Source: Batkoa obscura
Lineage: Eukaryota
Direction: 5' to 3'
Length of the DNA stretch: 64,000 nucleotides
Assembly: GCA_030770535.1 (NCBI GenBank)
Contig: JASVEC010000002.1
Span: forward strand, 124,001 to 188,000
A program made the translations under genes and the position numbers. The notes beneath the pieces were generated by a model. The model ran no database searches. It saw only the letters and a list, made by a program, of their open reading frames with translations, and was not told the origin of the DNA. Numbering within the stretch: position 1 is the stretch's first letter; each line of letters starts with the position of its first letter. Positions 25,382 to 36,747 of this stretch are shown here, in pieces.

Positions 25382-26284
25382 TTATTTCTTAAAGATTTTT
25401 TTAACCTGCTCTCGAAACTCTTCAGCCTCATGCTTAATACCAGTATGAAAGAACAAGATCAATGTAGTATTAGCAAAAAAACCAAAACCAAAAAAGATAA
25501 GTCCCACATGATGTAAGGGATCAATGGCATTAATAAATCTCGCTTTGTTTAAACAAGCTAATATTGTTTCAATAGAAAACAATATATTTCCAATAAACAT
25601 CAATAGCCCATACGCTGTTAAGCTTATATAGTTTTTAGTGATTGCGACCTCGGACTCTCTGTATCTTTTTTTATGACTGATACTTAATTTAATTTCTATA
25701 TCATGCACTTTTCGAAACCTGTTCACTTTTTTAGATGTCTCATAATAGCAATATATGATTATTAGTACTGTAGAAACGCAAACAAAGTCTCTAAAGAAAT
25801 AAGTGAATGCAGCTAAGGTATAATTAGCTACATTAAGATGGCAAATATAATTTGTAGATCCGCGTATAAAGGCACCAATTGCCATGCATACAGTCAGTAG
25901 AATGAAAAAAATAATTGAACTGATAAACAAGATCCGTTTAACTATTCTTATCACTTTGGACTTTTTATATACTAACAAAAGTTCAATAGCCAAAAAAGCA
26001 TTGGACAAAACCTCTAAATAAGCAATAACCTCATAAAAAAACCCAGTGAGTGTACAAGCAGTATGATTTAAGATAAATTTATTTCTGGTTACTTGAGTGT
26101 AAATGTAATCGACTATCAGTAAAATTGCTATTAACAGTTCTAAATTAGCAATCAAAATAATAAGTTTGATATCATTTTTTTTAATTAGAGCTCGTGTTGC
26201 AAACAATGTCAATAACAAACAGGTGATAATAATAAACACATTAAGTGTTATTGAGAAATTATAAAAAAAAGTAGCGATATCCAT
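25382..26284 (-). CDS. Intronless rhodopsin/class-A-like 7TM receptor, 300 aa (array copy 2)
   Basis: Seven hydrophobic segments; TM3 Cys (ACTLTGF) and ECL2 Cys (YICHL); NAFLAIEL where paralogs have LAIER; TM7 ANTTLILFFHTGIK. Confidence 0.85.
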   Translation of the reverse strand: MDIATFFYNFSITLNVFIIITCLLLTLFATRALIKKNDIKLIILIANLELLIAILLIVDYIYTQVTRNKFILNHTACTLTGFFYEVIAYLEVLSNAFLAIELLLVYKKSKVIRIVKRILFISSIIFFILLTVCMAIGAFIRGSTNYICHLNVANYTLAAFTYFFRDFVCVSTVLIIIYCYYETSKKVNRFRKVHDIEIKLSISHKKRYRESEVAITKNYISLTAYGLLMFIGNILFSIETILACLNKARFINAIDPLHHVGLIFFGFGFFANTTLILFFHTGIKHEAEEFREQVKKIFKK

Positions 26285-26331
26285 TTAAAAATTAAAGTTG
26301 TTTATTAAAAAAACTGAAAGTTTCTCCTTAA

Positions 26332-26342
26332 TGCTATTTATA
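26332..26342 (-). promoter_or_regulatory. TATA box TATAAATAGCA conserved upstream of array genes
   Basis: Same 11-mer at 23687-23697 and 28360-28370, variants at ~30825, ~33450 and ~35390, each ~30-60 bp upstream of the ATG. Confidence 0.7.
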
Positions 26343-27395
26343 TCTTTTTTATACAATTGTTTAGGTAAGATAATTTATTAATCAACCTTTTGATTACCAA
26401 GTTCTTTGAAAAAATTTGCTCAGTTGAGTCAATTTTTTTTGCTTAACTAGGCTAAACCGGGTGTCAGGCTCATAATAAACAATTTCGGTATAAAAGAACT
26501 GGATTAGTCTAACATATATATGGTAATCAAAGAAACCACCCTATTTTATGACTATCGATTTAATGGTTTAATTTTCAATTACATGTGAAACTTCCAATCA
26601 ACTAAAATTTGAGGTTCAAGTCTTTGGAATGCCAAAGAAGAGGTTACCTGGTAAAGAGTACTTATCTGGTAAGCTGCACTCAAATAGGCTTTCAAGTCAA
26701 AAATTAATCTATGCTACAATTTTGGATAAAGGTTTAACATACAAAGTTCATTCTTTTTAAAAAAATCCATTTTAATAGTTGACTTTTAAAATTTCCATCA
26801 AAATATAGGAATTTCCACAAATTTTACAGATGGAATAGAACTAAAATACAAATTGTGCCAGATCTACAGTTATTAAAAATAAGAATGAATAAGAGATTGT
26901 AGAAAATTTGCTAACTAGCCTTATGGTTTGTTACTTTGATCTTATTAATCTGTATAAATATATTTTTAAATGTCTACAACCTTAATTCCTCAAATATAAT
27001 AATTACAAAGCATAAAAATGACAAAAATGAAGCTAATGCACCACAATCGTAACACCTTAAATTGCTTTGAAAATGCTGCATATATAGAACATTTGGTATA
27101 GCTGTTCGAGCTTATAGTTTGATTTATAATAGCAAACGACATCAGGTAGATGCTAATAAGAAGTTATTAAATAATTCAGATGACCTAAAAATATAAACTA
27201 TGGGATCTGAAAATGAGAAAATTTAAAATCAAGTACTCTATTATACTGATGCTTATTTTGGTTGAATCATAAAAAGCCAGAAAAAAATAAAGGCAAACTC
27301 AATAACCATTGTATTTTATTCAAGATAAACTCCAAATGCATCAATCAGTGACTCGTTTTCAAACAGTGAGAGAACGATCTCTCTAGAAAAATATT

Positions 27396-28319
27396 TCATT
27401 CATGCCATCCCTTATTCACCTTTTGATAAAACCCTTTTATCTGTTCATAAAATTTTTCAGCCTCATGCCTAATCCCAGTATGGAAAAATAAAATCAGTGC
27501 AGTATTGGCGATGAATCCCACACATGTACAGGTAAGCCCTATATAATGAAGGGGATCAATAACTGGAGTAAATCTCGGCTTATCTAAAATTTTCAATACC
27601 ACTTCGGTAGGAAACACTAGATTTGCAGTAAGCATAAATATTCCATACACTGTTAGGCTTATATAGGTTTTAATGATGGCAAGTTGGTATTCTTTAGATC
27701 TCTCTTTTTGCTTGGTGCTTAATTCAAACCCATTATTCTGTACTTTCCGAAACCCATTTACCTCTTTGGATATCTCATAATAGCAATAGAGGCACACAAG
27801 TACCCCACTAAGGCAGTTGAAATCTCTAAAGAGATGAGTGAATGCAGCTAAAGCGTAATTTGCCGCATCAAGAAGACAAATGTGCCTAGTAGATCCATGC
27901 ATAAACATTCGAAGCGCTGAGCATGTGATAAGTAGGATTAAGAATATGATTGAATTGATAGCTAGGACCCAATAAACTAGCTTTAGTATTTTAGACTTCC
28001 TAAAGATTAATACACGTTCAATAGCCAAAAAAGCATTGAATATAATTTCATAAAAAGCGACAATTTCATAGAAAAATCCAGTAACTGTGCAAGCAGTAAG
28101 ATTATATATTACCTTTTCACCATTTACAAGTGTATAGATAGGATCCGTTGAAGTCAATATTGGTATTAACAGTTCTATGGTCCCTATCAAAATGATGAGT
28201 TTAACATCGTTACTTTTAGTTGGGATTCGTGATGCAAATAAAATCAACAAAAAGCATATGATGATAATATTTATACTAAATACTACTGAACAGTAATAAT
28301 AAATGGTGGCGGCATCCAT
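27396..28319 (-). CDS. Intronless class-A-like 7TM receptor, 307 aa (array copy 3)
   Basis: ACTVTGFF, NAFLAIERV, HICLL, CYYEI, ANTALILFFHTGIRHE. Confidence 0.87.
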   Translation of the reverse strand: MDAATIYYYCSVVFSINIIIICFLLILFASRIPTKSNDVKLIILIGTIELLIPILTSTDPIYTLVNGEKVIYNLTACTVTGFFYEIVAFYEIIFNAFLAIERVLIFRKSKILKLVYWVLAINSIIFLILLITCSALRMFMHGSTRHICLLDAANYALAAFTHLFRDFNCLSGVLVCLYCYYEISKEVNGFRKVQNNGFELSTKQKERSKEYQLAIIKTYISLTVYGIFMLTANLVFPTEVVLKILDKPRFTPVIDPLHYIGLTCTCVGFIANTALILFFHTGIRHEAEKFYEQIKGFYQKVNKGWHE

Positions 28320-29864
28320 CTTTGACTTATTTTTATCTTTATAAGGATGTTTAGTTTTATGCTATTTATATCTTTTTTAAAATTTCCTGGGCAATAGATA
28401 ATTTATTGGTCAACTCTTTGGGTACCAATTCTCGGAAGGTTAAAGGAAGGTTTGCTTATTAAAAAGTACTAGCTTTTTTATGGTACGCTCAATAGGTTTC
28501 TAACCCTGAAACAAATCAACTTTACCATTTTTTATATATAGTCTAATAAATGAAAGATACCTTTTAAAAAAATAAACTTCCGGTATTCTGTAAAATAACT
28601 GACTTAACATAAATTTATAACTTTATTAAATGCAGGAATTTGTATAACCTTATTTGTAAAATGAAACCAAAAACAAGTTGTAGCGGAGCTACAAGCATTA
28701 CTTTTGACCTTGCGCTTTTGTAGGGAACATTTAATACTGGAGTGAAAAGCGACGAAATCATATTTGTGTCACCCAAAAACTAAAATGGATCAAAAGATTA
28801 AATACAACAAATTTTAGTATGAAGTAATAAAGAATGATAAAAAATTATCCTACATTGGCTTATTTTTGATGTGTCACTTTTTTTTAAAATATTGTTTTGT
28901 CATTTTATAAATATTAGTCTATTCCTTTACAATAGCAGATAGAAAAATGCCTAATATTGAAGACTATCGTATTTAGAAAAGTTATTAGCCTTGAAAATAA
29001 TTCAGCCAAATAGAAAAACCAAGTTTTATTAGAAAACGTGTAATCAGATTTAAATTAAATTAAATTGAATAATTTTATGTCTAAACAGCACTTTAATCTC
29101 ATTCTTCTATTGAGATTTAAAATCAATATAATAAAATTAAATTTTATAATTTCACTCAAAATAATGAAAGTTTTAAACTTTTTTACTTATTTTTACTTCA
29201 ATAAATTATTATGGCTTCTAAAAAAAGATTTTATGTATCCTAATTTAAAAAAATTCTAACTCAAGCAAGGTTAATTCAAAGTTGTGAAAGTCATTACGTT
29301 ATCGTATTTGAACTTAACTACACAACCATTAAAAAAGTTTAAATGTGAGGCTATAAAAAAGCAGCTGACTACATTTATGGTTTACTATTTTTATTTTATT
29401 AGCTTATATAAAACTATTATTAAATATCCATAACCTTAATCCCAGATAGAAAAGGTACAAATCATAAAAATGATAGAATTAGAGTCAATGCACCCCAAAT
29501 TAACAACACTTTAATTTGCTTTAAATGCTGCATATACAACCAAAACATTTGATACAATTATTTATATACTGAAGCTTAATTTATAATAATAAATGGTGCT
29601 AAATAAATGGAAACAAAACATTGAATAACTTAAATGGCTTCAAAAATAAACTATAGAATCTCAAATGAGAAAAATCATGATTAATATATTAATTAATATT
29701 AGTATTTTAATTAAATCAAAAAATGCCAAGAAAATCCTTTATAAAGTGATTTCATTCATGCTATGATTTATATATCTAATAAAACAGATAAACATGTTAT
29801 TTAACTACTCCTTTTAAGCTACGAGAATTAAACCTTTTAATAAAACCTCAATCGGCGCCCTCAT

Positions 29865-30778
29865 TCATATTTTAAAAAACCCTTTAGCTTGATCTCGAAA
29901 TTTTTTAGCTTCATGTCCAACCCCAGTATGAAAAAACAAGATTAGAGTTAAATTAGCAAAAAATCCAAAGCAAAAAATCCAAAGCAAAAAAATAGAACTC
30001 CAATAACATGAAAGGAGTTGATAGCATTGCCAAGTCTTACTTCATCCAAACAGTTCAAAACCTCTCTGATGAAAAATATACCACATGCAGTAAGCGTTAG
30101 TATCCTATATATTGATAAATTTATATAGGTTTTGATGATGGCAACTCGAAACTTTTTTGACCTTAATTTATAACTGTTGCTTAGTTCAATTTCATTATTC
30201 TGTATTTTTCGAAGCCCATTCACTTTTTTGGATATCTCATAATAACAATAAATGACTTTAAATATCTCACCCATAAGATTAAAATCGCAAAAGAGATGTG
30301 TGAATATAGCTAAAGGATAGCTCATCATATTAAAATGGAAAAGAAAATCGCTAGCCCTAGGAATAATGGCACCAGCTGTTGCACAAAAAATCAGCAGGAT
30401 TAAGAAAATGGTTGAGCTGATGGTCAAGATCGATTTAACTATCCTTATTATTTTATATTTTTGAAAAAATCAAAACACGCTCAATGGCCAAAAAAGTATT
30501 GAATATAACCTTGTAATAAAAAATAAACTCATAAAAAAGCCAATGACTGTGGAAACAGGATGATTATGGAGCATTTGTTCATCATCTATTTGAGTATACA
30601 TAGGTTCCACAATATTTTATAATGGCGCTATGGGTTCAATGATTACAATTAAAATAAGGAACTTAGTGCAATTGCCTTTATTTGGAATTTGTAATGTAAA
30701 TAATGACAATAAAGAACAGATCACGACAACGTATACATTGAATATTATTGAGAATATATCAAAGGCACTTTTATTCAT
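29865..30778 (-). pseudogene. Class-A-like 7TM receptor pseudogene (array copy 4)
   Basis: MNKSAFDIFSII.. with early TAA after IAPL and later frameshifts; residual 159-aa ORF 29948-30427 is homologous to paralogs. Confidence 0.87.
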
Positions 30779-31069
30779 TATAAAATAATAATTGTCTTTA
30801 AAACAAAGTGCTAATTTTTATGATATTTATATATTTTTTAATTTAATTAGTCATATAATAAATAAATATTAATATACACATCGAATATCATGTTTTGAAA
30901 AATCAACTGAATCAGGATCCCCTGATTAATTAGACTAATTAGACTCAACTTATCTCACTACAATTAAACTTTAGTGTATAAGAATTGAATGCATCTAGCT
31001 CATTGAGATTCTACTAGGTCTCCATATAAACAATTAGAATCTTTTTGAAAAAAATGGGTAGGACCATAT

Positions 31070-31167
31070 GGGAGTGTTTTTCTTGACTTCATTATTTTTT
31101 CCATTTTTAAGCGCTATTTAGGCGGAAAAATTATTAGTAAAATTCTTAAACACAAAAATACATCCCC
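31070..31167 (+). mobile_element. MITE
   Basis: Consensus match, TSD ATAT/ATAT. Confidence 0.9.
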
Positions 31168-31861
31168 ATATAATTACACCGGTAAAAATGCTACTTAAAA
31201 AATTACACTTTATAAAAAGACAAAACTTGAACAAAGATCTTATTTCAAGGATTGAAAAAATGGCAGTGTATCTAATAATCTTTTGATTTTTTGGAGAAAA
31301 CTTATTTTTTATACTCAAGCTAATATTTCAGCACAAAAAGGTGGACAAGTATAGGTTATAAACGTATTTAGTAGGGCTAAATTTGGTTTGGGACTATTTT
31401 TTATAAATATGGATTAAGCTCAATGCCTAATGGTCTATTCATAGTCAATGTAAGTTCGAGTTTTAGCAAGGCTAAAGAAGAGGAAAGCTTTTAAAGCACA
31501 CTTACTAGTCTTAGTACTCTCTAACAGTCTCCTTACCCTAAAACAAGTTAATTTTATTATTTTTGTAAATAATTTCATTGACAAAATCCATTTTTAATAA
31601 AATCAAAGTGCAGAATATAACGTACCTACAACTATAAAATAAAGCACGAGTATGGGGCTTCAGCAAATTAAGCTTATCAGCTTTATGGTTTAGTACTTTT
31701 ATTTTTTTTGCTTATACAAAACTATAATATAATAATAATTTTAGCCCTATGAACGAAAACGACTACAAAGGATAAAAGATTCCAAATTCTAGACTAAAAA
31801 AATCAAATCAACGATACTTTGGTTTGCTTTGAAAATGCTGTATACAACTTTTTCAATTCAG

Positions 31862-32170
31862 GTATAGGGCTGTAGGTGGCAGTCAAGAAGTGGAGGGATC
31901 CTTTTGCAGATTTTCATGTATTTCGATAAAGAACCAATTTTAGGTAATAAATGCACAGAAGCCGATTAACTTGTTCAGACTAATAAAAGTTAAATCCTAC
32001 TCTAGCATTACCCAATCCTAACTTTTATCATATATAAGTTGTTTTTAAGCTTTTGAGCTTCTTGTTTCTTTTTTTTGATTGGTATTTCTTTTAACTGTAA
32101 GAAAATAAATTTTGGAAAAATTAGTAGAAGAAAAAACCCCTTACTCTTCTTGACTCTAATCCAACTATAC
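31862..32170. mobile_element. Possible second, unrelated non-autonomous TIR element (~310 bp)
   Basis: GTATAG..AGTCAAGAAG at left mirrored by CTTCTTGACT..CTATAC at right; absent from paralogous spacers after AAATGCTGCATATA (27.07, 29.52, 33.98 kb); single copy, no TSD seen. Confidence 0.45.
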
Positions 32171-32500
32171 GATGAAAGTTTAACTATACTTACTTAGATA
32201 TTATTGTTTATTTATAATATCAAATGATTTTAAAAGGATAACATTAAAAAGTGCCCAAATATTTTTAACGGTTTTAAAACACAAATGATCAGGATAAACA
32301 AGGAATGTTAGAGTTAAAGCACTATACCATGCAAGTATTTATTTCAATTGGGTTGTAGAAAATATCAAAAGCAAATTATGTAAACCAGAAATTAAAACAA
32401 GGACTAGTTTACTCACTATTATACTTTATTTACAATAAAAAAACTTCAACTAAAGGTGTTTCAATCATTGTAGATAAAATTGTTCAACAACATCACTTAT

Positions 32501-33403
32501 TCATCTTTTAAAAAGCTTCTTAGTTTGGGCATAAAACTTTTGAACTTCATGCCTGATGCCAGTATGGAAAAGCAATATTAACGCAGTGTTAGCAACAAAT
32601 CCCATACAATAAAAGGAAAGCCCTATATAATGAAGAGGATCACTAATTATTTTAAACTTTGATTTATCCAAATAATGCAATATTGCCTCAATGGAAAATG
32701 ATAGATTCCCAGAAAACATCAACACTCCGTATATTGTTAAACTTATATATGTTTTAATAATAACAGTTTGATACTCTTTGGATCTTTCTTCATGATTGAC
32801 GCTTAACTCAAGTCCATTATATTGCACCTTTAGAAACCCATTTACTTGTTTAGATATCTCACAATAGCAATGTATACATGTAGCTACCGCACCAAGACAA
32901 ATAAAATCTCTAAAAAGATGGGTGAAGGTAGCTAAAGGATAATCGGCTACATCGAGATGACAAATATAAGTACTAGGCCCACGTATATAGGCACCAATTG
33001 CTGTACATACAATCAGTAATACTGAGAAAACGGTTGAATTGATAGTCAAAATCCAATAAATTAGTCTTATCACTTTGGATTTTTTAAAAATCAATACACG
33101 TTCAATGGCCAAAAAGGCATTAAACAAAACTTCGAAATAAGCAACAATCTCATAAAAAAAGCCAGTGATTGTGCAAGCAGTGTGATTGAATATCACTTTT
33201 TCACCAGTTATTTGAGTGTAAATGGGATCCACTGTCATTAAGACTGGTACTAAGAGCTCTACAATGGCAATTAAAACAATGAATTTAATATCTTTGCCTT
33301 TATTTGGAATCCTTGTTGCAAATAATACCAGTAAGAAGCAAACGACGGTAATACATATACTAAATACTATTGCGCAATTATAATAGAAATCAGCAAAATA
33401 CAT
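32501..33403 (-). CDS. Intronless class-A-like 7TM receptor, 300 aa (array copy 5)
   Basis: ACTITGFF, NAFLAIERV, YICHL, ANTALILLFHTGIRHE. Confidence 0.87.
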   Translation of the reverse strand: MYFADFYYNCAIVFSICITVVCFLLVLFATRIPNKGKDIKFIVLIAIVELLVPVLMTVDPIYTQITGEKVIFNHTACTITGFFYEIVAYFEVLFNAFLAIERVLIFKKSKVIRLIYWILTINSTVFSVLLIVCTAIGAYIRGPSTYICHLDVADYPLATFTHLFRDFICLGAVATCIHCYCEISKQVNGFLKVQYNGLELSVNHEERSKEYQTVIIKTYISLTIYGVLMFSGNLSFSIEAILHYLDKSKFKIISDPLHYIGLSFYCMGFVANTALILLFHTGIRHEVQKFYAQTKKLFKR

Positions 33404-34024
33404 TTGAAAATTATATCCAGCTTATTAAAGAACTTTTTTACTTTTATCTTATTTATGTCTATTTAAATCATTTGGATGGTAGACACTTTTATTAATTGAC
33501 TCTTTGGGTACTAAGTTTTGTTAAGGTTAAAGAAGAGGTTACTTCCTAAAATAGGCCTACCGGCCAAAGTACACCCAAGCAGGTTCCTAGCTCCAAAACA
33601 GTTCAATTTTACAATTTTAGATAAAAGCGTTATAAAAAAATTCAAGCATTTTAAGAAACTAAACTTTTTAGTTTTTTTATAAAAATGATTTTTGGTGTAA
33701 GAGAAACTTTCAGTTTTATTAAAATTAATGGGTTTGTATAAATCCTAATAATAAGAGCTCAAAACGTAAATCATAATAAATCCACAGCCACTAAAAAAGG
33801 TTGAATATGAGGCTACAAAAAGCTAGCTGACAAGTCTCACGACTAGTCCCCTTCATCTTATTGCCATGTACAAAGCTATTCTTAAATATCAACAACTTTA
33901 ATCACCTAGATTAAAAATTTACAAAGCATGATGACAAATTTAGGACCAATACGCCCCAATTAATAACATTTTATTTACTTTAAAATGCTGCATATATAAG
34001 ACATTCGATTATAGTTATTTATAT

Positions 34025-34121
34025 GGGGCTGTTTTTTTTGGTTTCATACCTTTTTCCATTTTTCAAACGCTATTTGAGCAGAGAGATTGTTAGTAAAACT
34101 TAAGCAAAAAAATACATCCCC
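34025..34121 (+). mobile_element. MITE
   Basis: GGGGCTGT..ACATCCCC, TSD ATAT/ATAT. Confidence 0.9.
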
Positions 34122-34433
34122 ATATATTGAAGATTAATTTATGATATTAAACTAAAATAAAAAAATAATAGTAAAAAGTAGCTAAAAGGATTCAAATGGC
34201 TAAAAACTTAAATTATCAAAACTAAAACCAGAAAAATTGATCTAAAAATGTAATATTAGTACTACTATTTCTTTCAATTGAATTATAAAAATTTAAACTA
34301 AATTATAAAAGCAATTTTATTCATTATTGTACTACACTTCGAACTAAACTTTAAATGTATTAATTAGCAGCTCGTTTCAAGCAATAAAAACAGAATATTC
34401 AACAAATTATCTTCCATCAGCCCCATTGCTTAT

Positions 34434-35333
34434 TTATCTTTTAAAAAATCCTTTAATCTGGTCTCGGAACTTTTCAGCCTCATGTCTGATCCCAGTATGA
34501 AAAAACAGGATTAAAGTAGAATTAGCGACAAACCCCACGGCAAAAAAGATAGCTCCAACAATATGAAGAGTATCAGTAACATCAATAAATCTCTGTTCAT
34601 CTAAATAATTTAATATTGTTTCAATTAAAAATCCTACGTTTCCAGTAGTCATTAATATTCCATAAATCGATAAAGTTATATAAGTTTTAACGATAGCAGT
34701 CTGATAATCTTTAGCTCTTAATTTGTTACTGGAATTTAATTCAAATTCATTATCTTGAACCTTTCGAAATCCATTCACCTCTTTGGATATCTCATAATAA
34801 CAATAAATAATTGTCACTACCCCTGCAAAACAATTAAAATCTCTAAAAAAATGTGTAAAAGTAGCCAAAGGATAATTAACTACATCAAGGTGACAAGAGA
34901 AATTGGTAGCTGCACGTACAAATGCACCAGTTATTGCACAAATAATTAACAAGAGCAAAAAGATGATGGAGTTGATAACTAATATCCAATAAACTATTTT
35001 TATTATTCTGGATTTTTTAAAAATTAACACACGCTCAATGGCCAAAAAAGCATTGAATAACACTTCAAAATAAAATATAAGTACATAAAAAAAGCCTGTG
35101 ATTGTACAACCTGCAGAGCTATATATCATTTTTTCACCTTGAATTCGAGCGTAGATTGAATCCGCAACGATCAAAACTGGCAACAAGAGCTCTAAACTAG
35201 CTATTAAAATAATCAGTTTAATATCATTCTTTTTTATTGAGATTCGTGTTGCAAATAATAATAATAACAAGCAAGTGGTAAGGACAAATACATTTAATAT
35301 TAAGGTAATGATATAGAAAGCAGTGTAATTCAT
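34434..35333 (-). CDS. Intronless class-A-like 7TM receptor, 299 aa (array copy 6)
   Basis: GCTITGFF, NAFLAIERV, FSCHL, ANSTLILFFHTGIRHE. Confidence 0.87.
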   Translation of the reverse strand: MNYTAFYIITLILNVFVLTTCLLLLLFATRISIKKNDIKLIILIASLELLLPVLIVADSIYARIQGEKMIYSSAGCTITGFFYVLIFYFEVLFNAFLAIERVLIFKKSRIIKIVYWILVINSIIFLLLLIICAITGAFVRAATNFSCHLDVVNYPLATFTHFFRDFNCFAGVVTIIYCYYEISKEVNGFRKVQDNEFELNSSNKLRAKDYQTAIVKTYITLSIYGILMTTGNVGFLIETILNYLDEQRFIDVTDTLHIVGAIFFAVGFVANSTLILFFHTGIRHEAEKFRDQIKGFFKR

Positions 35334-35513
35334 TCAAAAGATAATAACTAATTTCTTAAAAAGGGATGCATCACATTTATCTTCGATTGTTATTTATGCT
35401 TTTTTATTCGCTTTATCAGGTGATAGATGATTTATTAGTAAGTTTTGCTTTATGGTTCTTTGTGTAATTAATTTATTAATCATAGCTAAAAGAACAATTT
35501 TATAGTTAGAGAT

Positions 35514-35611
35514 GAAGATGTACTTTTTTGTTTAACAATTTCAATAACAATCTTTCTACTCAAATAACGCTTAAAAAATGGAAAAGTAATGAAATCAAAG
35601 AAAACATCCCT
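35514..35611 (-). mobile_element. MITE, decayed, in promoter region of array copy 6
   Basis: Reverse match CTCAAATAACGCTTAAAAAATGGAAAAGTAATGAA. Confidence 0.8.
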
Positions 35612-36747
35612 CTATAAGGGATTTGTACACATGGTCATAGCTAATTGATATGCAATTACCTAGTATCTCCATAGTTCAATATGATGTTATATTAAATTAC
35701 ATGTTTTTGGTATATAACTTTTGAAGTTTATTAAATCTATGATGAATAGAATTCCATCAATCATAAGAGTAACAAAATATAACTTATTACAAAACTCTGT
35801 TCTTAACATAGCAAATAGTTCTTAATTCATCTAAAATAATAAAGCAGCATCAAAATCAAAAATAGTGAAAATAATGAGAAAACAGTTGATGGGTTATAGA
35901 CTAAAAGGGAAGCCTTCAATTTTCATAATGTATTTCAGTTTAATTTATATATAATTTTTTGAATTAAAGTAACTTTAAAGATTCAAAGAAAGTCACTACT
36001 TTATTCAATATTCTTTATAATATTGTATTTTTATTATTAAAACGGTGATAATTGTCAATAAAAAAAACTGGAATCTAAACAACGATAACTTGTATAGTCG
36101 ACTATCAAGACTTAAGTTTAAGACATCCTTTATTTACAGTAATACTCAAACCTAAAGTTATATGATTGTTTATTAATTTGTTATCTTTTTAGACTTGACC
36201 AATTATAGTTTAACTTTGTTGTGAGCTAATCTTATACTTGACTAAATTATAAAATCTCCTTTTACGAAATTTTAAATTAATAGGCTATAAAAAATAAAAA
36301 ATAAAAAATAAAAAATTTAATGAGAGTATTAAAGATAACTACAATATACTATTTTTGATAGACTTATATTGTTTTAAATGACTGGTTTATATAGCTTTAT
36401 CCTGTTTATGAGCTATGCGTATAATGCATAGTATATCTTTTGTTTTTTATTTTGACAGTTTACTATTAGTTGTTATCTTTAATCCATTATAGAAATTAAT
36501 TTTAGTATCTATTAGAAAGGATATTAAACTACTTTTTAATTGCCACTTATTATAGATCATGGAAGTAAATAACCTGCGATTTATAACTAAATAGAGGCCT
36601 TTTTAAATGCCTATGCCATCAATTATCAAGTTATGATTCTTAACAATATTTAGCTCAATCTAATACCAATTTTAAATTTAAAAAAGATTATAAAAAACAT
36701 GATGAAAAACTTAACGCTTGGATAAATATGGCCTAACTTTAATACTC

